IMG/VR virus record: IMGVR_UViG_3300047564_003078
Span: 1 to 64,000 of that record
Length of the DNA stretch: 64,000 nt
Direction: 5' to 3' (one strand)
Source: a virus
Position 1 is the stretch's first letter; every line of letters starts with the position of its first letter. A program made the translations under genes and the position numbers. The notes under the pieces are model-generated. The model was not told the origin of the DNA, did not search any database, and worked only from the letters and a program-made list of their open reading frames with translations. Below, one piece after another: positions 31,875 through 42,376 of the stretch.

Positions 31875-33083
31875 ATGTTCATAGAAGATATACTACAAAC
31901 CCTAGTGGATAATCACGACATTAATCCGTCAGACAAGCCCATTCTTGTTAGCATTAGTCAACAGGTAAAAAAAGGCACTGCTCTAACTGATCGTCAACAT
32001 GCTCTTGTTAAATCAAAGCTGCTTAATTACAAGCACTGTTTTGATGTTAACATTGATGAAATGTTAGATAACACTAGATTGCCGTTGCGTATAATCAACC
32101 GCGAACATTCGATTACTATTGTAAATCATCAAAACATGATGGGTGACGCTCCATATGAGAGTTACAAACAAAAATGGAAATGGATTAAGATTAAATTTCC
32201 ATTTAGTAAAAAAAATATTGTTGCAGTTGAACAACTTAATTCAAGTTCAAAAAGAAATAATTATTTTCATCAACGCGGTAGTCATGAACACTATTTTCGT
32301 TTAACTGAAAATAATGTTTATAATGTTGTACATTCTTTTATAGAAAAGAAGTTCGACATTGATACTCAACTGATTGAATGGTACAACGAAGTTAAATCTT
32401 TAAAAGAGAACGAACGTTCTCTGTACCCTAGTGTAATCAATTACACTGTAAAAAATATAAGCGATGACGGTTGTCAATTAATCGAAAAAGAAATTGGCAA
32501 TATTGACAAGTCAAATATTTTAAAAATCATTGATCGTAAACGTAGATATGGCATTGTAACAGTTGATTATGATAACGTGCCTGCTGGCTTAATTGGCGAA
32601 ATTGCTTTTAGGACAGATAAAGAAATCAATATCAATCCAGAATCGTTTAATTTAAATTCAATTGCAGAAGCAACTATGCATCTTGATAGATTTCCGCTAC
32701 TTGTTGTAATTGACAAAGAAGATGCTTTAAAACAAGTGTCGTCTGTTTATGATGCGTTTTCTTATCTAGTTCCTTCTGAAAAACAAAGTGTTTTATTTAG
32801 AGTAGAAACCGAAAACAAATACAATGTTAACGATTTTATTCACGAGCGGTCTTTGAACAACTGGCTTGACACAAACACTGAAATCGTGTATATTTGTAAA
32901 AATAAACTTCCTAAATTGTTGTTAAAAACAGATTGGAAACCTAGTGCTGCATTAATTATTACCGGCACTAGAAGTCATACACACGTTAATTATTATATTA
33001 ACGATTGTTGCGATCTTGTCATGGTACATGATAAAGATTCTAGTTTAATAGGAAAACTGAATAAATCGTATGCCTACTTGTAA
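31875..33083 (+). CDS. Conserved hypothetical protein upstream of uvsW
   Basis: 402-aa ORF, TTGACA promoter upstream. Confidence 0.55.
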   Translation: MFIEDILQTLVDNHDINPSDKPILVSISQQVKKGTALTDRQHALVKSKLLNYKHCFDVNIDEMLDNTRLPLRIINREHSITIVNHQNMMGDAPYESYKQKWKWIKIKFPFSKKNIVAVEQLNSSSKRNNYFHQRGSHEHYFRLTENNVYNVVHSFIEKKFDIDTQLIEWYNEVKSLKENERSLYPSVINYTVKNISDDGCQLIEKEIGNIDKSNILKIIDRKRRYGIVTVDYDNVPAGLIGEIAFRTDKEININPESFNLNSIAEATMHLDRFPLLVVIDKEDALKQVSSVYDAFSYLVPSEKQSVLFRVETENKYNVNDFIHERSLNNWLDTNTEIVYICKNKLPKLLLKTDWKPSAALIITGTRSHTHVNYYINDCCDLVMVHDKDSSLIGKLNKSYAYL

Positions 33084-34533
33084 ACTAATAATTGAAGATG
33101 AAGTCAATATCAAGCTCGAAGGACTTGATATTGACGTTCGTCGTAAACTTGCAAATGCACTAAAGTTTGAAGTGCCGTATGCAAAACACATGCCTCAATT
33201 CAAGCTTGGACGTTGGGATGGCAAAGTTGCGTTCTTTGGAATCGGCGGCAGCGGCTATGTTAATCATTTGGATATTATTGTTGACATTCTACAAAAGAAC
33301 AATGTTCAAATTGTAGACATCGAAGATAACAGGCATCCAATACAATTAAATCTTCAACCAGTAACCGAAACCTATTGGGCCGATCAAGGCGTGCGTTGGC
33401 CAAAAGGCCATCCAGCTGAAGGCGAACTTATTATGCTTCGCGACTATCAAGTTGAAGCAATCAACAACTTTATTGCTAACCCGCAAAGTCTACAACAGAT
33501 TGCTACCGGTGCAGGTAAAACTATTACCACAGCAACACTAAGTCACATTAGCGAACCATATGGTCGCAGTCTTGTCATTGTACCTAACAAGAGCTTGGTT
33601 GAACAAACTGAAGAAGATTATATTAACTGCGGACTTGACGTAGGTGTTTATTTCGGTGACAGAAAACAACTAGGAAAAACACACACTATTTGCACTTGGC
33701 AAAGTTTAAACATTCTTGATAAGCGTCACAAAGACGGTGATGCAGTACTAAGCCTAGCAGAGTTCTTAGAAGGTGTAAGCACAGTTATTGTTGACGAAGT
33801 ACACCAGGCCAAAGCAGAAGTACTAAAAAATCTACTTACACGCAACTTGCGTAACGCTCCAATTCGCTGGGGACTAACTGGTACAGTGCCCAAAGAGAAG
33901 TTTGAGTTTGAAAGTATTCACGCAAGCCTTGGCCCGGTTATTGGACAGATTACAGCAAAAGAATTACAAGACAAAGGTGTGCTAGCAGACTGTCATGTTA
34001 ACATTGTACAGCTAATTGATACTGTGGCACATAGAGGCTATCAAGAAGAATTAAAATATCTAGTTAGTAATAAAGAACGTATAGAATACATAGGCAAATT
34101 ATTAAACACTATAAAAAACTCAGGCAATACTCTAATTCTTGTAGATAGAATTTCTGCAGGAGAGATGCTACAGGAACTTATACCTAATAGCACCTTTATC
34201 AGTGGTGCTGTTAAAGTAAAAGACAGAAAAGAAACATACGACACAATTCGAGAAGGCACAAACGAAGTAATTATTGCTACGTATGGTGTTGCTGCGGTTG
34301 GACTTAACATTCCACGTATTTTTAATCTTGTGTTGCTTGAACCTGGTAAAAGTTTTGTAAGAGTGATTCAAAGTATCGGTAGAGGCGTTAGAAAGGCAAA
34401 AGACAAAGACTTCGTACAAATATGGGATCTTACAAGCACATGTAAGTTTGCGAAGCGGCACCTTACCGAACGAAAGAAGTTTTACAAGGAAGCTCAATAC
34501 CCATTTACCATTGAAAAGGTAGATTGGAATTAA
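33070..34533 (+). CDS. uvsW: SF2 helicase UvsW
   Basis: LRDYQ, ATGAGKT, VDEVH, GLTGT, QSIGRGVR. Confidence 0.92.
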   Translation: MPTCKLIIEDEVNIKLEGLDIDVRRKLANALKFEVPYAKHMPQFKLGRWDGKVAFFGIGGSGYVNHLDIIVDILQKNNVQIVDIEDNRHPIQLNLQPVTETYWADQGVRWPKGHPAEGELIMLRDYQVEAINNFIANPQSLQQIATGAGKTITTATLSHISEPYGRSLVIVPNKSLVEQTEEDYINCGLDVGVYFGDRKQLGKTHTICTWQSLNILDKRHKDGDAVLSLAEFLEGVSTVIVDEVHQAKAEVLKNLLTRNLRNAPIRWGLTGTVPKEKFEFESIHASLGPVIGQITAKELQDKGVLADCHVNIVQLIDTVAHRGYQEELKYLVSNKERIEYIGKLLNTIKNSGNTLILVDRISAGEMLQELIPNSTFISGAVKVKDRKETYDTIREGTNEVIIATYGVAAVGLNIPRIFNLVLLEPGKSFVRVIQSIGRGVRKAKDKDFVQIWDLTSTCKFAKRHLTERKKFYKEAQYPFTIEKVDWN

Positions 34534-34539
34534 TTTTAG

Positions 34540-35046
34540 ATGAGAATACTGACATTAGAAAATAAATCATTTTCTTTGAATCGATTACCAGACAGCGTTG
34601 ACGATACACTAAGATTTGCCGTACTAGACAACAGTAACCCAGTAGATCCAGATTTCTTTTTTAACCCACTGATTTTTTTAGAAAGTTTTAATAGTCCTGC
34701 TATAGTATTAGAAATTAATGGCAATGAAATCACAATGCCATTAGACTGGTGTGTAGCTGTTGGCTGTAGTGAAGCAGGCAGTGACTTAGAAGTATTACCG
34801 CTTACAAGTTTAAATGATAGAGGCTTTGAAGCCTTTTTGTTTAATCCGTTAACCGGAAATATGGCACAGTTTGGTAATATAGAAATAACTAATTTTTATA
34901 ATGATGTAAAATGGTTTTTTCCGAAAATGAGAAACGGACATCTTTTATGTGTACCAATAACTGAAGGACCTAATCCACAGTGTGCATACTTTGTCAAGGA
35001 TATAAACCGTCAAAGTGAAATTATTGATTTTGGAAAACTATTATAA
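34540..35046 (+). CDS. Hypothetical protein
   Basis: ORF in operon after uvsW. Confidence 0.55.
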   Translation: MRILTLENKSFSLNRLPDSVDDTLRFAVLDNSNPVDPDFFFNPLIFLESFNSPAIVLEINGNEITMPLDWCVAVGCSEAGSDLEVLPLTSLNDRGFEAFLFNPLTGNMAQFGNIEITNFYNDVKWFFPKMRNGHLLCVPITEGPNPQCAYFVKDINRQSEIIDFGKLL

Positions 35047-35058
35047 AGGAGAATTAAA

Positions 35059-35205
35059 ATGAAAACATATGAAGCAATTGTAACTGTTGGTGGCATGAGC
35101 ACAAAAACTCAAGTAAGTGCCAAAGATACTGTTAGTGCTAAAAAACTTATCGAAGCACAATACGGTAAAGATAATGTAAAATCTGGCGTATACGAGGTTA
35201 GATAA
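35059..35205 (+). CDS. 48-aa hypothetical protein (not in ORF track)
   Basis: AAGGAG SD, MKTYEAIVTVGG...YEVR. Confidence 0.6.
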   Translation: MKTYEAIVTVGGMSTKTQVSAKDTVSAKKLIEAQYGKDNVKSGVYEVR

Positions 35206-35361
35206 ATGGAGTTGGTTGCATTACTAATTGTAATATTTGTAGGACTGTTAGCACTTGTTGTTTTAGGTAAATTGTTTTCTTGGGCATTAAGAAACAACAA
35301 TTCGGCAATTTTGCTATTGGTAATTGCACCAATACTAGCATACATTGCATATAATATTTAA
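35206..35361 (+). CDS. 51-aa two-TM membrane protein (not in ORF track)
   Basis: MELVALLIVIFVGLLALVVLGK...AILLLVIAPILAYIAYNI. Confidence 0.55.
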   Translation: MELVALLIVIFVGLLALVVLGKLFSWALRNNNSAILLLVIAPILAYIAYNI

Positions 35362-35372
35362 GGAGAATAACA

Positions 35373-35738
35373 ATGGCGACACGAGCAGGAAAAATTTGGG
35401 GTACTACAGATTTTATATTTGGTAATGGTGCATTAGAGTTTCATAGGATTGCATTTAAGGCTGGTTACAAATGCAGCGAGCATCATCACAAATACAAGTG
35501 GAATGGATTTTACGTAGAACATGGAAAGATGATAATTCGTGTTTGGCAAGACGAAGATCAAAACGGATTAGTTGATGAAACAGTTCTTCACGGCGGACAA
35601 TTTGCAATGGTTAAGCCAGGCAAGGTGCACCAGTTCGAAGGCCTAGAAGATGGCGTAGCATTTGAACTATACTGGGCAGAATTTAATCACGATGATATTG
35701 TTCGCAGGACTATTGGTACAGCAGTGGACAAAAACTAA
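35373..35738 (+). CDS. Cupin (sugar isomerase-like)
   Basis: KIWG, CSEHHH, PGKVHQF. Confidence 0.7.
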   Translation: MATRAGKIWGTTDFIFGNGALEFHRIAFKAGYKCSEHHHKYKWNGFYVEHGKMIIRVWQDEDQNGLVDETVLHGGQFAMVKPGKVHQFEGLEDGVAFELYWAEFNHDDIVRRTIGTAVDKN

Positions 35739-35746
35739 ATATCTGT

Positions 35747-36505
35747 ATGAAAAAGTACGCATTTATTACAAGCATGAATCAACGATACTATGATCACATA
35801 GGTAGATTCATGCTTGAAAGTTTTTTAAAATATGCACCAAAACATTTTGTTTTGCATCTATATGCCGAAAGTATTATTAGCAAATTACCCAAAGCACTTA
35901 ATTTAGTAATCTATGATTGGAATAAAGTGTGCAAAGAAGACTGGGAAAAGTTTGCAGTTAAAACCGATGATAACAGTGCAAGAAAATTTGGCAAAAAAGG
36001 ATGGGCAAGTATTCATGCTTGGGAAAACATAGATGCAGATTACCTTATTTGGTTAGATGCAGATTTATTATTTCACAATCCGTTCGACGAAGATGTTATA
36101 AAACTTACTATTAAAAAAAATATGTTAATTGGATTGTTTAATCACGCCTACATTGCTCATACAAAAAATGAAGTACCTATAGGATACAGTGCCGAAACAG
36201 GATACGTCATTATAAACAAACGTCATAAAGATTTTTTAAAATTTGTAAAAAAATATAGAGAAATATATGAGTTACCTTTTAAGCCAACCGACATAGTTAA
36301 ATGGTGGGACAATCAAATTTGTATGATGGTTGCTAATATGTTTATAGAAAACGTATTTGATTTAAGTATTATTAGAACAACTGATAAAACACAAACTCCA
36401 TTAAATCATAGCGAATTAAGCAAATATTTTAGTCATCAAAAAGGTAAAAGTAAAAAACATATGAATGCTACACAAATGCAATCACTAATTGGATTAAAAG
36501 AATGA
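35747..36505 (+). CDS. GT-A glycosyltransferase
   Basis: IWLDAD, ETGY, HQKG; paralog of 30155 and 36502. Confidence 0.7.
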   Translation: MKKYAFITSMNQRYYDHIGRFMLESFLKYAPKHFVLHLYAESIISKLPKALNLVIYDWNKVCKEDWEKFAVKTDDNSARKFGKKGWASIHAWENIDADYLIWLDADLLFHNPFDEDVIKLTIKKNMLIGLFNHAYIAHTKNEVPIGYSAETGYVIINKRHKDFLKFVKKYREIYELPFKPTDIVKWWDNQICMMVANMFIENVFDLSIIRTTDKTQTPLNHSELSKYFSHQKGKSKKHMNATQMQSLIGLKE

Positions 36506-37248
36506 AAATAACAATCATTTCAACTTTTGGTCCAGCTCACTATAAAACTTACGGCAGATATTTTGTCGAAAGCCTAGAGAAATTTTTAGATAATCGTGTT
36601 GATGTTGTTCTATATACAGACACACCATTGACTTTATTTAAGCCAAATTTTAGCAACAGAATCTTAAACCAGTGTTCTCCTAATTTAGTAGAATTTAAAA
36701 AACGCAACAGCGACAAAGTTATACCTACTGGAACCAAAGGATGGATAAGAGATGCAGTAAGATTTAGTCATAAAAGTTACTGCATAATACATGCAAGCAG
36801 AACAATCGAAACTGATTTGCTTATTTGGTTAGACGCCGATACAGAAGTTATTGCTCCTATCACTCACCAATATCTAAGCGAACAATTAGATTTAGATTAT
36901 TTTGTGAGTTATTTAGGTAGACCCAATAGATATAGTGAAACTGGTTGGTTATGTTTTAATTTAAGGAATAAGTGGTCAAAAACGTTTTTTGATCGTTGGG
37001 AATGGTATTATAATACAAATGAAATTTATAACTTGCCTGCTCAACTAGATTGTCACGTATTTGACGCTGTAAAGGAAGAAATGGAATCATTGGGTAAAAT
37101 TAAAGCTCAAAATATAAGTCCACCAGATTTAAGCTCTCAGCATTTTGATAGAAAATTTATAGGAAAAATAACTCATTACAAGGGAGACAAAAAAGAAAAC
37201 AGAGATCAAAATTTAAAAATTGCAAAACTGCGGGCTAGAAAAAAATGA
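36502..37248 (+). CDS. GT-A glycosyltransferase
   Basis: DAVRFSHK, WLDAD, ETGW, HYKG. Confidence 0.7.
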   Translation: MKITIISTFGPAHYKTYGRYFVESLEKFLDNRVDVVLYTDTPLTLFKPNFSNRILNQCSPNLVEFKKRNSDKVIPTGTKGWIRDAVRFSHKSYCIIHASRTIETDLLIWLDADTEVIAPITHQYLSEQLDLDYFVSYLGRPNRYSETGWLCFNLRNKWSKTFFDRWEWYYNTNEIYNLPAQLDCHVFDAVKEEMESLGKIKAQNISPPDLSSQHFDRKFIGKITHYKGDKKENRDQNLKIAKLRARKK

Positions 37249-38111
37249 AAATAGTATTAACAGGCCACAAAGGTTTTATCGGTAGTCATTATTTAGATTA
37301 TATAAAAGACCGAGTCGAAGTAGAATCAGTTTACGGGTTTGATAAAGACTCGGGCGAAGATCTGTGCAATACAAGAACTGCTTACGAAAGTCCGGATTGC
37401 GATGTACTGGTACATATGGCTGCAACCAATGGTACAAAACTGTTTTATGAAATTCCAACTGAAGTTGCAACCAACAATACACTGCCTACTTTCAATCTAG
37501 TACACAGATATCAAAATACCAATACTAAGATTGTGTTTACAAGTACTTGCGAGATTTTTAATACTACTGTAGATAGAAATCTACACAGTGTCCCCACTGA
37601 CGAATCTGTACCAATAATGTTTGAAGATATAACTAATCCTAGATGGAGTTACAGTCTTCCAAAAGCATTAGGTGAAAACTTAGTTGCCAATTGTGGTGCA
37701 CCTTGGCTTATCATTAGATATTTTAATATCTATGGTCCAAGACAACGAGATCACTTTATCAGTGAATTTGTTGAACGTGTAAAGAACGGCGAATATTATA
37801 TTAAAGGCAACGATACTAGAAGTTTCTGCTACATTGATGATGCTGTTGTTATGACACATAATCTTGTCCAACATCATAATGGTTACATTGTAAACGTAGG
37901 TCATCAAGAAGAAATTGAAATAAGTACTGTAGCAAAAACAATTATGAATATTATGGGTGTAGATCCAGATCGGTTAGAAATCTTACCAGGGCTTGCAGGA
38001 AGTGCTAAACGCAGATGTCCTGATACTAGTTTAGTTCGTATGCTTACTGGATTTAAAGATTACACGCCGTTGGAATTAGGACTTAAAAAAACAATAGAAA
38101 GTCTAATATGA
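37245..38111 (+). CDS. NAD-dependent nucleotide-sugar epimerase/dehydratase (extended SDR)
   Basis: TGHKGFIG, YSLPK (YxxxK), RYFNIYGP, TRSFCYIDD. Confidence 0.9.
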   Translation: MKIVLTGHKGFIGSHYLDYIKDRVEVESVYGFDKDSGEDLCNTRTAYESPDCDVLVHMAATNGTKLFYEIPTEVATNNTLPTFNLVHRYQNTNTKIVFTSTCEIFNTTVDRNLHSVPTDESVPIMFEDITNPRWSYSLPKALGENLVANCGAPWLIIRYFNIYGPRQRDHFISEFVERVKNGEYYIKGNDTRSFCYIDDAVVMTHNLVQHHNGYIVNVGHQEEIEISTVAKTIMNIMGVDPDRLEILPGLAGSAKRRCPDTSLVRMLTGFKDYTPLELGLKKTIESLI

Positions 38112-38902
38112 AATTAGGTATAGTAGGGTTAGGTGCTGTAGGAAGTGCAAACAAACAAGGGTTTGAATATCTTGGTCACGAAGTAAGTGTACACGACATC
38201 AAATTGCCCACACTAATAACTGATGTACTAAACACCGAAATAGTATTTATTTGTGTTCCAACTCCTCAAGCAGCAGATGGTAGTTGCAATACAAGTATAA
38301 TCGAAAGTGTAATACAAGAATTACAAGACCACACATACAAGGGTATTGTAGCTATACGTAGTACCGTAGTTCCTGGTTTTACACAACGAATGATAGATAC
38401 ATATAAAAATCTAACTATTTGTTTTGTTCCTGAATTTTTAAGAGAACGTTGTGCTGCTGACGATTTTATAAACAATCACAAACTACTTGCTATTGGAACA
38501 CATGATATTTGGGTGTATAGAAAACTTGTAAAAGCTCATGGCAACTTACCAGAGAATACAGAACATCTTACGCCCAGTGAAGCAGAGGTGCTAAAATATT
38601 ACAATAACGTATATGCAGCTCTACGTGTTACCTTTGCAAATGTTATGTACGAAATCTGTGATAAACTAGATTGCGATTACACAACTATTAAAAATGCTTA
38701 TATTAAAACAGGAAAAGCAGTTGACATGTATCTTGATGTGAGTCCTGGGCTAAGAGGTTACGGCGGAATGTGTTTGCCAAAAGATACACAAGCTATTGCT
38801 GCATTGTTAAATCAACTGAACTTGGACTTTGATCTAATACAAAGTATAAACAATGATAATAACAAACTTAAAAAAACAGTGTTTAACGGAATGAGAGAAT
38901 GA
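38108..38902 (+). CDS. ugd: UDP-glucose/GDP-mannose 6-dehydrogenase, lacking C-terminal domain
   Basis: GLGAVG, CVPTP, RSTVVPG, PEFLRE, GYGGMCLPKD. Confidence 0.85.
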   Translation: MKLGIVGLGAVGSANKQGFEYLGHEVSVHDIKLPTLITDVLNTEIVFICVPTPQAADGSCNTSIIESVIQELQDHTYKGIVAIRSTVVPGFTQRMIDTYKNLTICFVPEFLRERCAADDFINNHKLLAIGTHDIWVYRKLVKAHGNLPENTEHLTPSEAEVLKYYNNVYAALRVTFANVMYEICDKLDCDYTTIKNAYIKTGKAVDMYLDVSPGLRGYGGMCLPKDTQAIAALLNQLNLDFDLIQSINNDNNKLKKTVFNGMRE

Positions 38903-39498
38903 AAAAGAATCCTTTACTCGGAAAGTCCGAAGCACAAGCAGGACAAGATTTATTTGCATTAGAAATATGCAAAAATAAAACCTATATTGAGATTGGTGGC
39001 AGTCATCCTAGACGCATTAATAACACATTCAATCTAGATTCTAATCACGGATGGAAAGGATTTAGTATTGAACTAAACGACAAATGGAACAATGCATGGG
39101 ACACGTCGTCGAGAAACAATCCTTGTTATTTTGAAAACGCACTTACATTTGATTACCTTGCAGCAATTCGCGAACAAGGAATGACCACCAAAGTTGGATA
39201 TTTGAGTTGCGACATTGAACCGCCTGAAAATACCTATGCAGCTTTGCAGCGTGTAATCAATCAAGGTGTTGAGTTTGAATCTATTACATTTGAACACGAC
39301 TGGTATAACTTTCCTGATACAACCTTTAATGAACAAGCAACTGAGTTTTTAAAGAAGCATGGATACAAAGTTGCTGTTAGAGATGTGTTTTGTAAAAAAT
39401 CTTGGCTACCATATGAAACATGGTATGTAAGAGAAGACATAGTATTCGAAGAACTAGACTTTCAACAATGGCGTGCAAACAAGGTACAAACTCTATAA
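38899..39498 (+). CDS. FkbM-like methyltransferase
   Basis: QAGQD, YIEIG, NNT..L...GWKG.SIE, YLSCDIE. Confidence 0.7.
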   Translation: MKKNPLLGKSEAQAGQDLFALEICKNKTYIEIGGSHPRRINNTFNLDSNHGWKGFSIELNDKWNNAWDTSSRNNPCYFENALTFDYLAAIREQGMTTKVGYLSCDIEPPENTYAALQRVINQGVEFESITFEHDWYNFPDTTFNEQATEFLKKHGYKVAVRDVFCKKSWLPYETWYVREDIVFEELDFQQWRANKVQTL

Positions 39499-39782
39499 TG
39501 TTAATAGACCGTCCTGATTTAGTTGAACTGATTGGTGAGTCATTGATATATGAACAAGCCAACAGTGTGACATATGCACGTTTTAGAGATGAACCAAAAA
39601 AAAGTTTATATGCAGGACGTTGGATAATCGGCGGCAGTGCCGAGGAGATTGCTGTAGCACAAGGTTATTTGAGTTATGATAGTTGGAAAGAATTATTCAG
39701 TTTAGCAGACAAAAATCCTACTCTTAGAAAACAACTTGACAAAACTCTTGACATATATTATCTTATAAAAAATGGAAAATAA
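39498..39782 (+). CDS. Hypothetical protein (start re-set to ATG 39498)
   Basis: TAATG coupling with previous gene. Confidence 0.5.
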   Translation: MLIDRPDLVELIGESLIYEQANSVTYARFRDEPKKSLYAGRWIIGGSAEEIAVAQGYLSYDSWKELFSLADKNPTLRKQLDKTLDIYYLIKNGK

Positions 39783-40575
39783 AATGAAAATTATTGCAGG
39801 CCCATGCCAGCACGAAACTCTAGAACAGAGTTTAGAAATTGCTCAAGAATGCAAACGTGTATGTGAAAAATACGGCGTTGAATATTATTTCAAGGCCAGC
39901 TATGATAAAGCAAACCGTACAAGTATGTCAGGTAAGCGAGGACTAGGTCTCGAAAAAACCATGTATGACTTCAGAAGCCTAAAAGAACAATTAGGAGTAA
40001 ATACACTAACAGACGTACACGATATAAACCAAGTAACTTATATCAATACAGTTTGGGGAGATTCAGTTGACGTTTATCAGATCCCTGCTTTTCTTTGTCG
40101 CCAAACAGATCTTATTAGAGCTTGTGTGGCAACAGGCAAAACGGTTAATATTAAAAAAGGACAGTTTCTTGCACCGTGGGATGTCGCGGGTATTCTTTCG
40201 AAGATCGAAGGAGCCAAAGAAGTTTGGATAACAGAGAGAGGAACTAGCTTTGGATATAATGCCTTGGTTGTTGATTTCACCGGCCTTAACTATATGCTCG
40301 ATAATTTTAGTGTACCTATTGTACTCGACGCCACGCACAGTGTACAAAAACCAGGCGGCCGAGGAACTAGTAGCGATGGCAATCGTTCTTATGTTCCTGG
40401 CTTGGCTCGTGCAGCTAGTGCTCTAGGCGTAACCAACTTCTTCCTAGAAGTACACCCTGATCCGGACAACGCACCCAGCGATGGTCCTAATATGTTACAT
40501 TTAAAAGACTTTGAAGATGTTGTAAAACAAATTAAAGTAGTCGGTGATGCAGCAAGAGGATACACTTGGCTATGA
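39772..40575 (+). CDS. kdsA: KDO 8-phosphate synthase
   Basis: IAGPC, KASYDKANRTS, QIPAFLCRQTDL, KKGQF, ERG, DATHSVQ, EVHPDP..A.SDG. Confidence 0.95.
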   Translation: MENKMKIIAGPCQHETLEQSLEIAQECKRVCEKYGVEYYFKASYDKANRTSMSGKRGLGLEKTMYDFRSLKEQLGVNTLTDVHDINQVTYINTVWGDSVDVYQIPAFLCRQTDLIRACVATGKTVNIKKGQFLAPWDVAGILSKIEGAKEVWITERGTSFGYNALVVDFTGLNYMLDNFSVPIVLDATHSVQKPGGRGTSSDGNRSYVPGLARAASALGVTNFFLEVHPDPDNAPSDGPNMLHLKDFEDVVKQIKVVGDAARGYTWL

Positions 40576-41252
40576 CAACAGCAATACTAATCCCTGCAAG
40601 ATATGCCAGTACTAGATTTCCTGGAAAGATGATGGCAAAGTTAAACGGTGTTCCCCTTGTAGAACATGTTTACAACAAGTGTGCTGCAACAGGACTTAGT
40701 ACATATGTGCTAACTGATAACCAAGAAATTTACAACTACCTTGGTGCTAAAAAATGTTTGTGGACTACAGAAGCAGAAAACGGTACAGAACGTTGTATGC
40801 AAGTTATTGACGAAGTGTTGCAATATGATCGCTACATTAATGTGCAAGGAGACATGCCAGACATTACTCCTGAAATAATTCTTAAGGTAGAATCAGAATT
40901 ACAAAAAAGTGATGTATCAACTGCATATACACAGATGGATTTTAACTTGCGTAATAATCCAAACACTGTTAAAATGATACACAGTAGAGGAAGAGCACAT
41001 TGGTTTCTACGTGCAAGCCTACAATATGGTGATCACCATCTTGGAGTATATGGCTACAACAGAGAAGCAAAATCAATGTATTCAACCAGCACCAAATTTA
41101 TTGAAGAAGACATTGAAAAACTAGAACAACTAAGATGGATACAGAACGGTGTCAAAATCGGAGTTGTTGAAGTAGAGTTTGACGGTATAGAAATTAACAC
41201 ACCAGAAGATTTGGTAGAATGGCACAAACGTAATGGCGAACAAACATATTGA
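40566..41252 (+). CDS. kdsB: CMP-Kdo synthetase
   Basis: IPARYASTRFPGK, NGTERC, INVQGD, HLGVYGY, EKLEQLR, INTPEDL. Confidence 0.93.
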   Translation: MAMTTAILIPARYASTRFPGKMMAKLNGVPLVEHVYNKCAATGLSTYVLTDNQEIYNYLGAKKCLWTTEAENGTERCMQVIDEVLQYDRYINVQGDMPDITPEIILKVESELQKSDVSTAYTQMDFNLRNNPNTVKMIHSRGRAHWFLRASLQYGDHHLGVYGYNREAKSMYSTSTKFIEEDIEKLEQLRWIQNGVKIGVVEVEFDGIEINTPEDLVEWHKRNGEQTY

Positions 41253-41700
41253 TCTTTTTAAGGAAATGATTCCTGCTATTGACTTAGGAATCAAAGAACT
41301 TTGGGATGCAGCAACCGACGAAGGCAAGAAAGAAATAAAACTTGACTTGTGGAATCTCAATCGTTATATTAGTAGTGTTGGCGGCAGCTTTGAAAAACAA
41401 GCGTTGGCGTTGGTCAAAGTTAATGCATATTACAATAAGAACTGGGCAGTGTTAGGAGCAAATCATCCTAAGCTACAATGGCAACTGTTGTGTGTTGCTG
41501 GTAAAACTGGTAAAAAAGAATTCCATCCGTGGATAGGGCTTAAAAAGAAAAAGGATGATAGTAGTAAAGCAGTAAAGTTATTATTACAAATTTATCCAAA
41601 TATGAAGTTAGATGAGGTTGAAACGCTTGCTAGAATATCTACAAAAAAAGAGCTCCAAGAACTTGCCCGTGAACACGGATACGATAAAGTTGACCTCTAA
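41233..41700 (+). CDS. Possible clamp-loader small subunit (gp62-like)
   Basis: Size, FHPWI...K and helical tail; replication context. Confidence 0.4.
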   Translation: MANKHIDLFKEMIPAIDLGIKELWDAATDEGKKEIKLDLWNLNRYISSVGGSFEKQALALVKVNAYYNKNWAVLGANHPKLQWQLLCVAGKTGKKEFHPWIGLKKKKDDSSKAVKLLLQIYPNMKLDEVETLARISTKKELQELAREHGYDKVDL

Positions 41701-42373
41701 AAGTTACACATGTGAATATTGCAACAAAAGTTACACTAAAGAAAGTACACTCGTTGCACACCTGTGTGAACCTAAAAGACGTTGGCTTCAGAAAGATGAA
41801 AAACGAGTACAGTTAGGGTTCTATGCCTTTCAAAGATTTTATCGACTAAGTGCAGGTGCTAAAACAGACAAGACATATGATGAATTTGTAAAGTCAAGTT
41901 TCTATAATGCGTTTGTAAAGTTTGGTAGCTTTGTTAACAATGTAAGACCGCTGTATATGGAAAAATATATCGATTATGTTGTAACCAGCGGAATTAAATT
42001 AGATCAATGGTGCAAAGACGAACTGTATGAAAAATATGCAATTGAGTTGATACGCAAAGAAGGTGTTGAAACAGCACTGGAGCGTAGTATAAATACAATG
42101 GTTGCTTGGGCTGCTGAACATAACAGCGTTTACAATCACTATTTCAATTACGTATCATTGAACAAACTCACATGGGATATTAGAGATGGAAAGATATCTC
42201 CGTGGTTGGTTTTGAATTGCAAGAGCGGTAAAACAGCACTTGGCAAACTAAACAACGAACAGTTAAACATGTTGACCAATATCTTAGATCCACAACACTG
42301 GGCTGTGAGATTTAAAAGACAGCCAAAAGATGTAGAACTTGTAAAACAAATTTCACAGGAAGCCGGACTTTAA
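41690..42373 (+). CDS. C2H2-like Zn-finger protein (start approximate)
   Basis: YTCEYCNKSY...HLC at N-terminus. Confidence 0.55.
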   Translation: MTSKSYTCEYCNKSYTKESTLVAHLCEPKRRWLQKDEKRVQLGFYAFQRFYRLSAGAKTDKTYDEFVKSSFYNAFVKFGSFVNNVRPLYMEKYIDYVVTSGIKLDQWCKDELYEKYAIELIRKEGVETALERSINTMVAWAAEHNSVYNHYFNYVSLNKLTWDIRDGKISPWLVLNCKSGKTALGKLNNEQLNMLTNILDPQHWAVRFKRQPKDVELVKQISQEAGL

Positions 42374-42376
42374 TTA

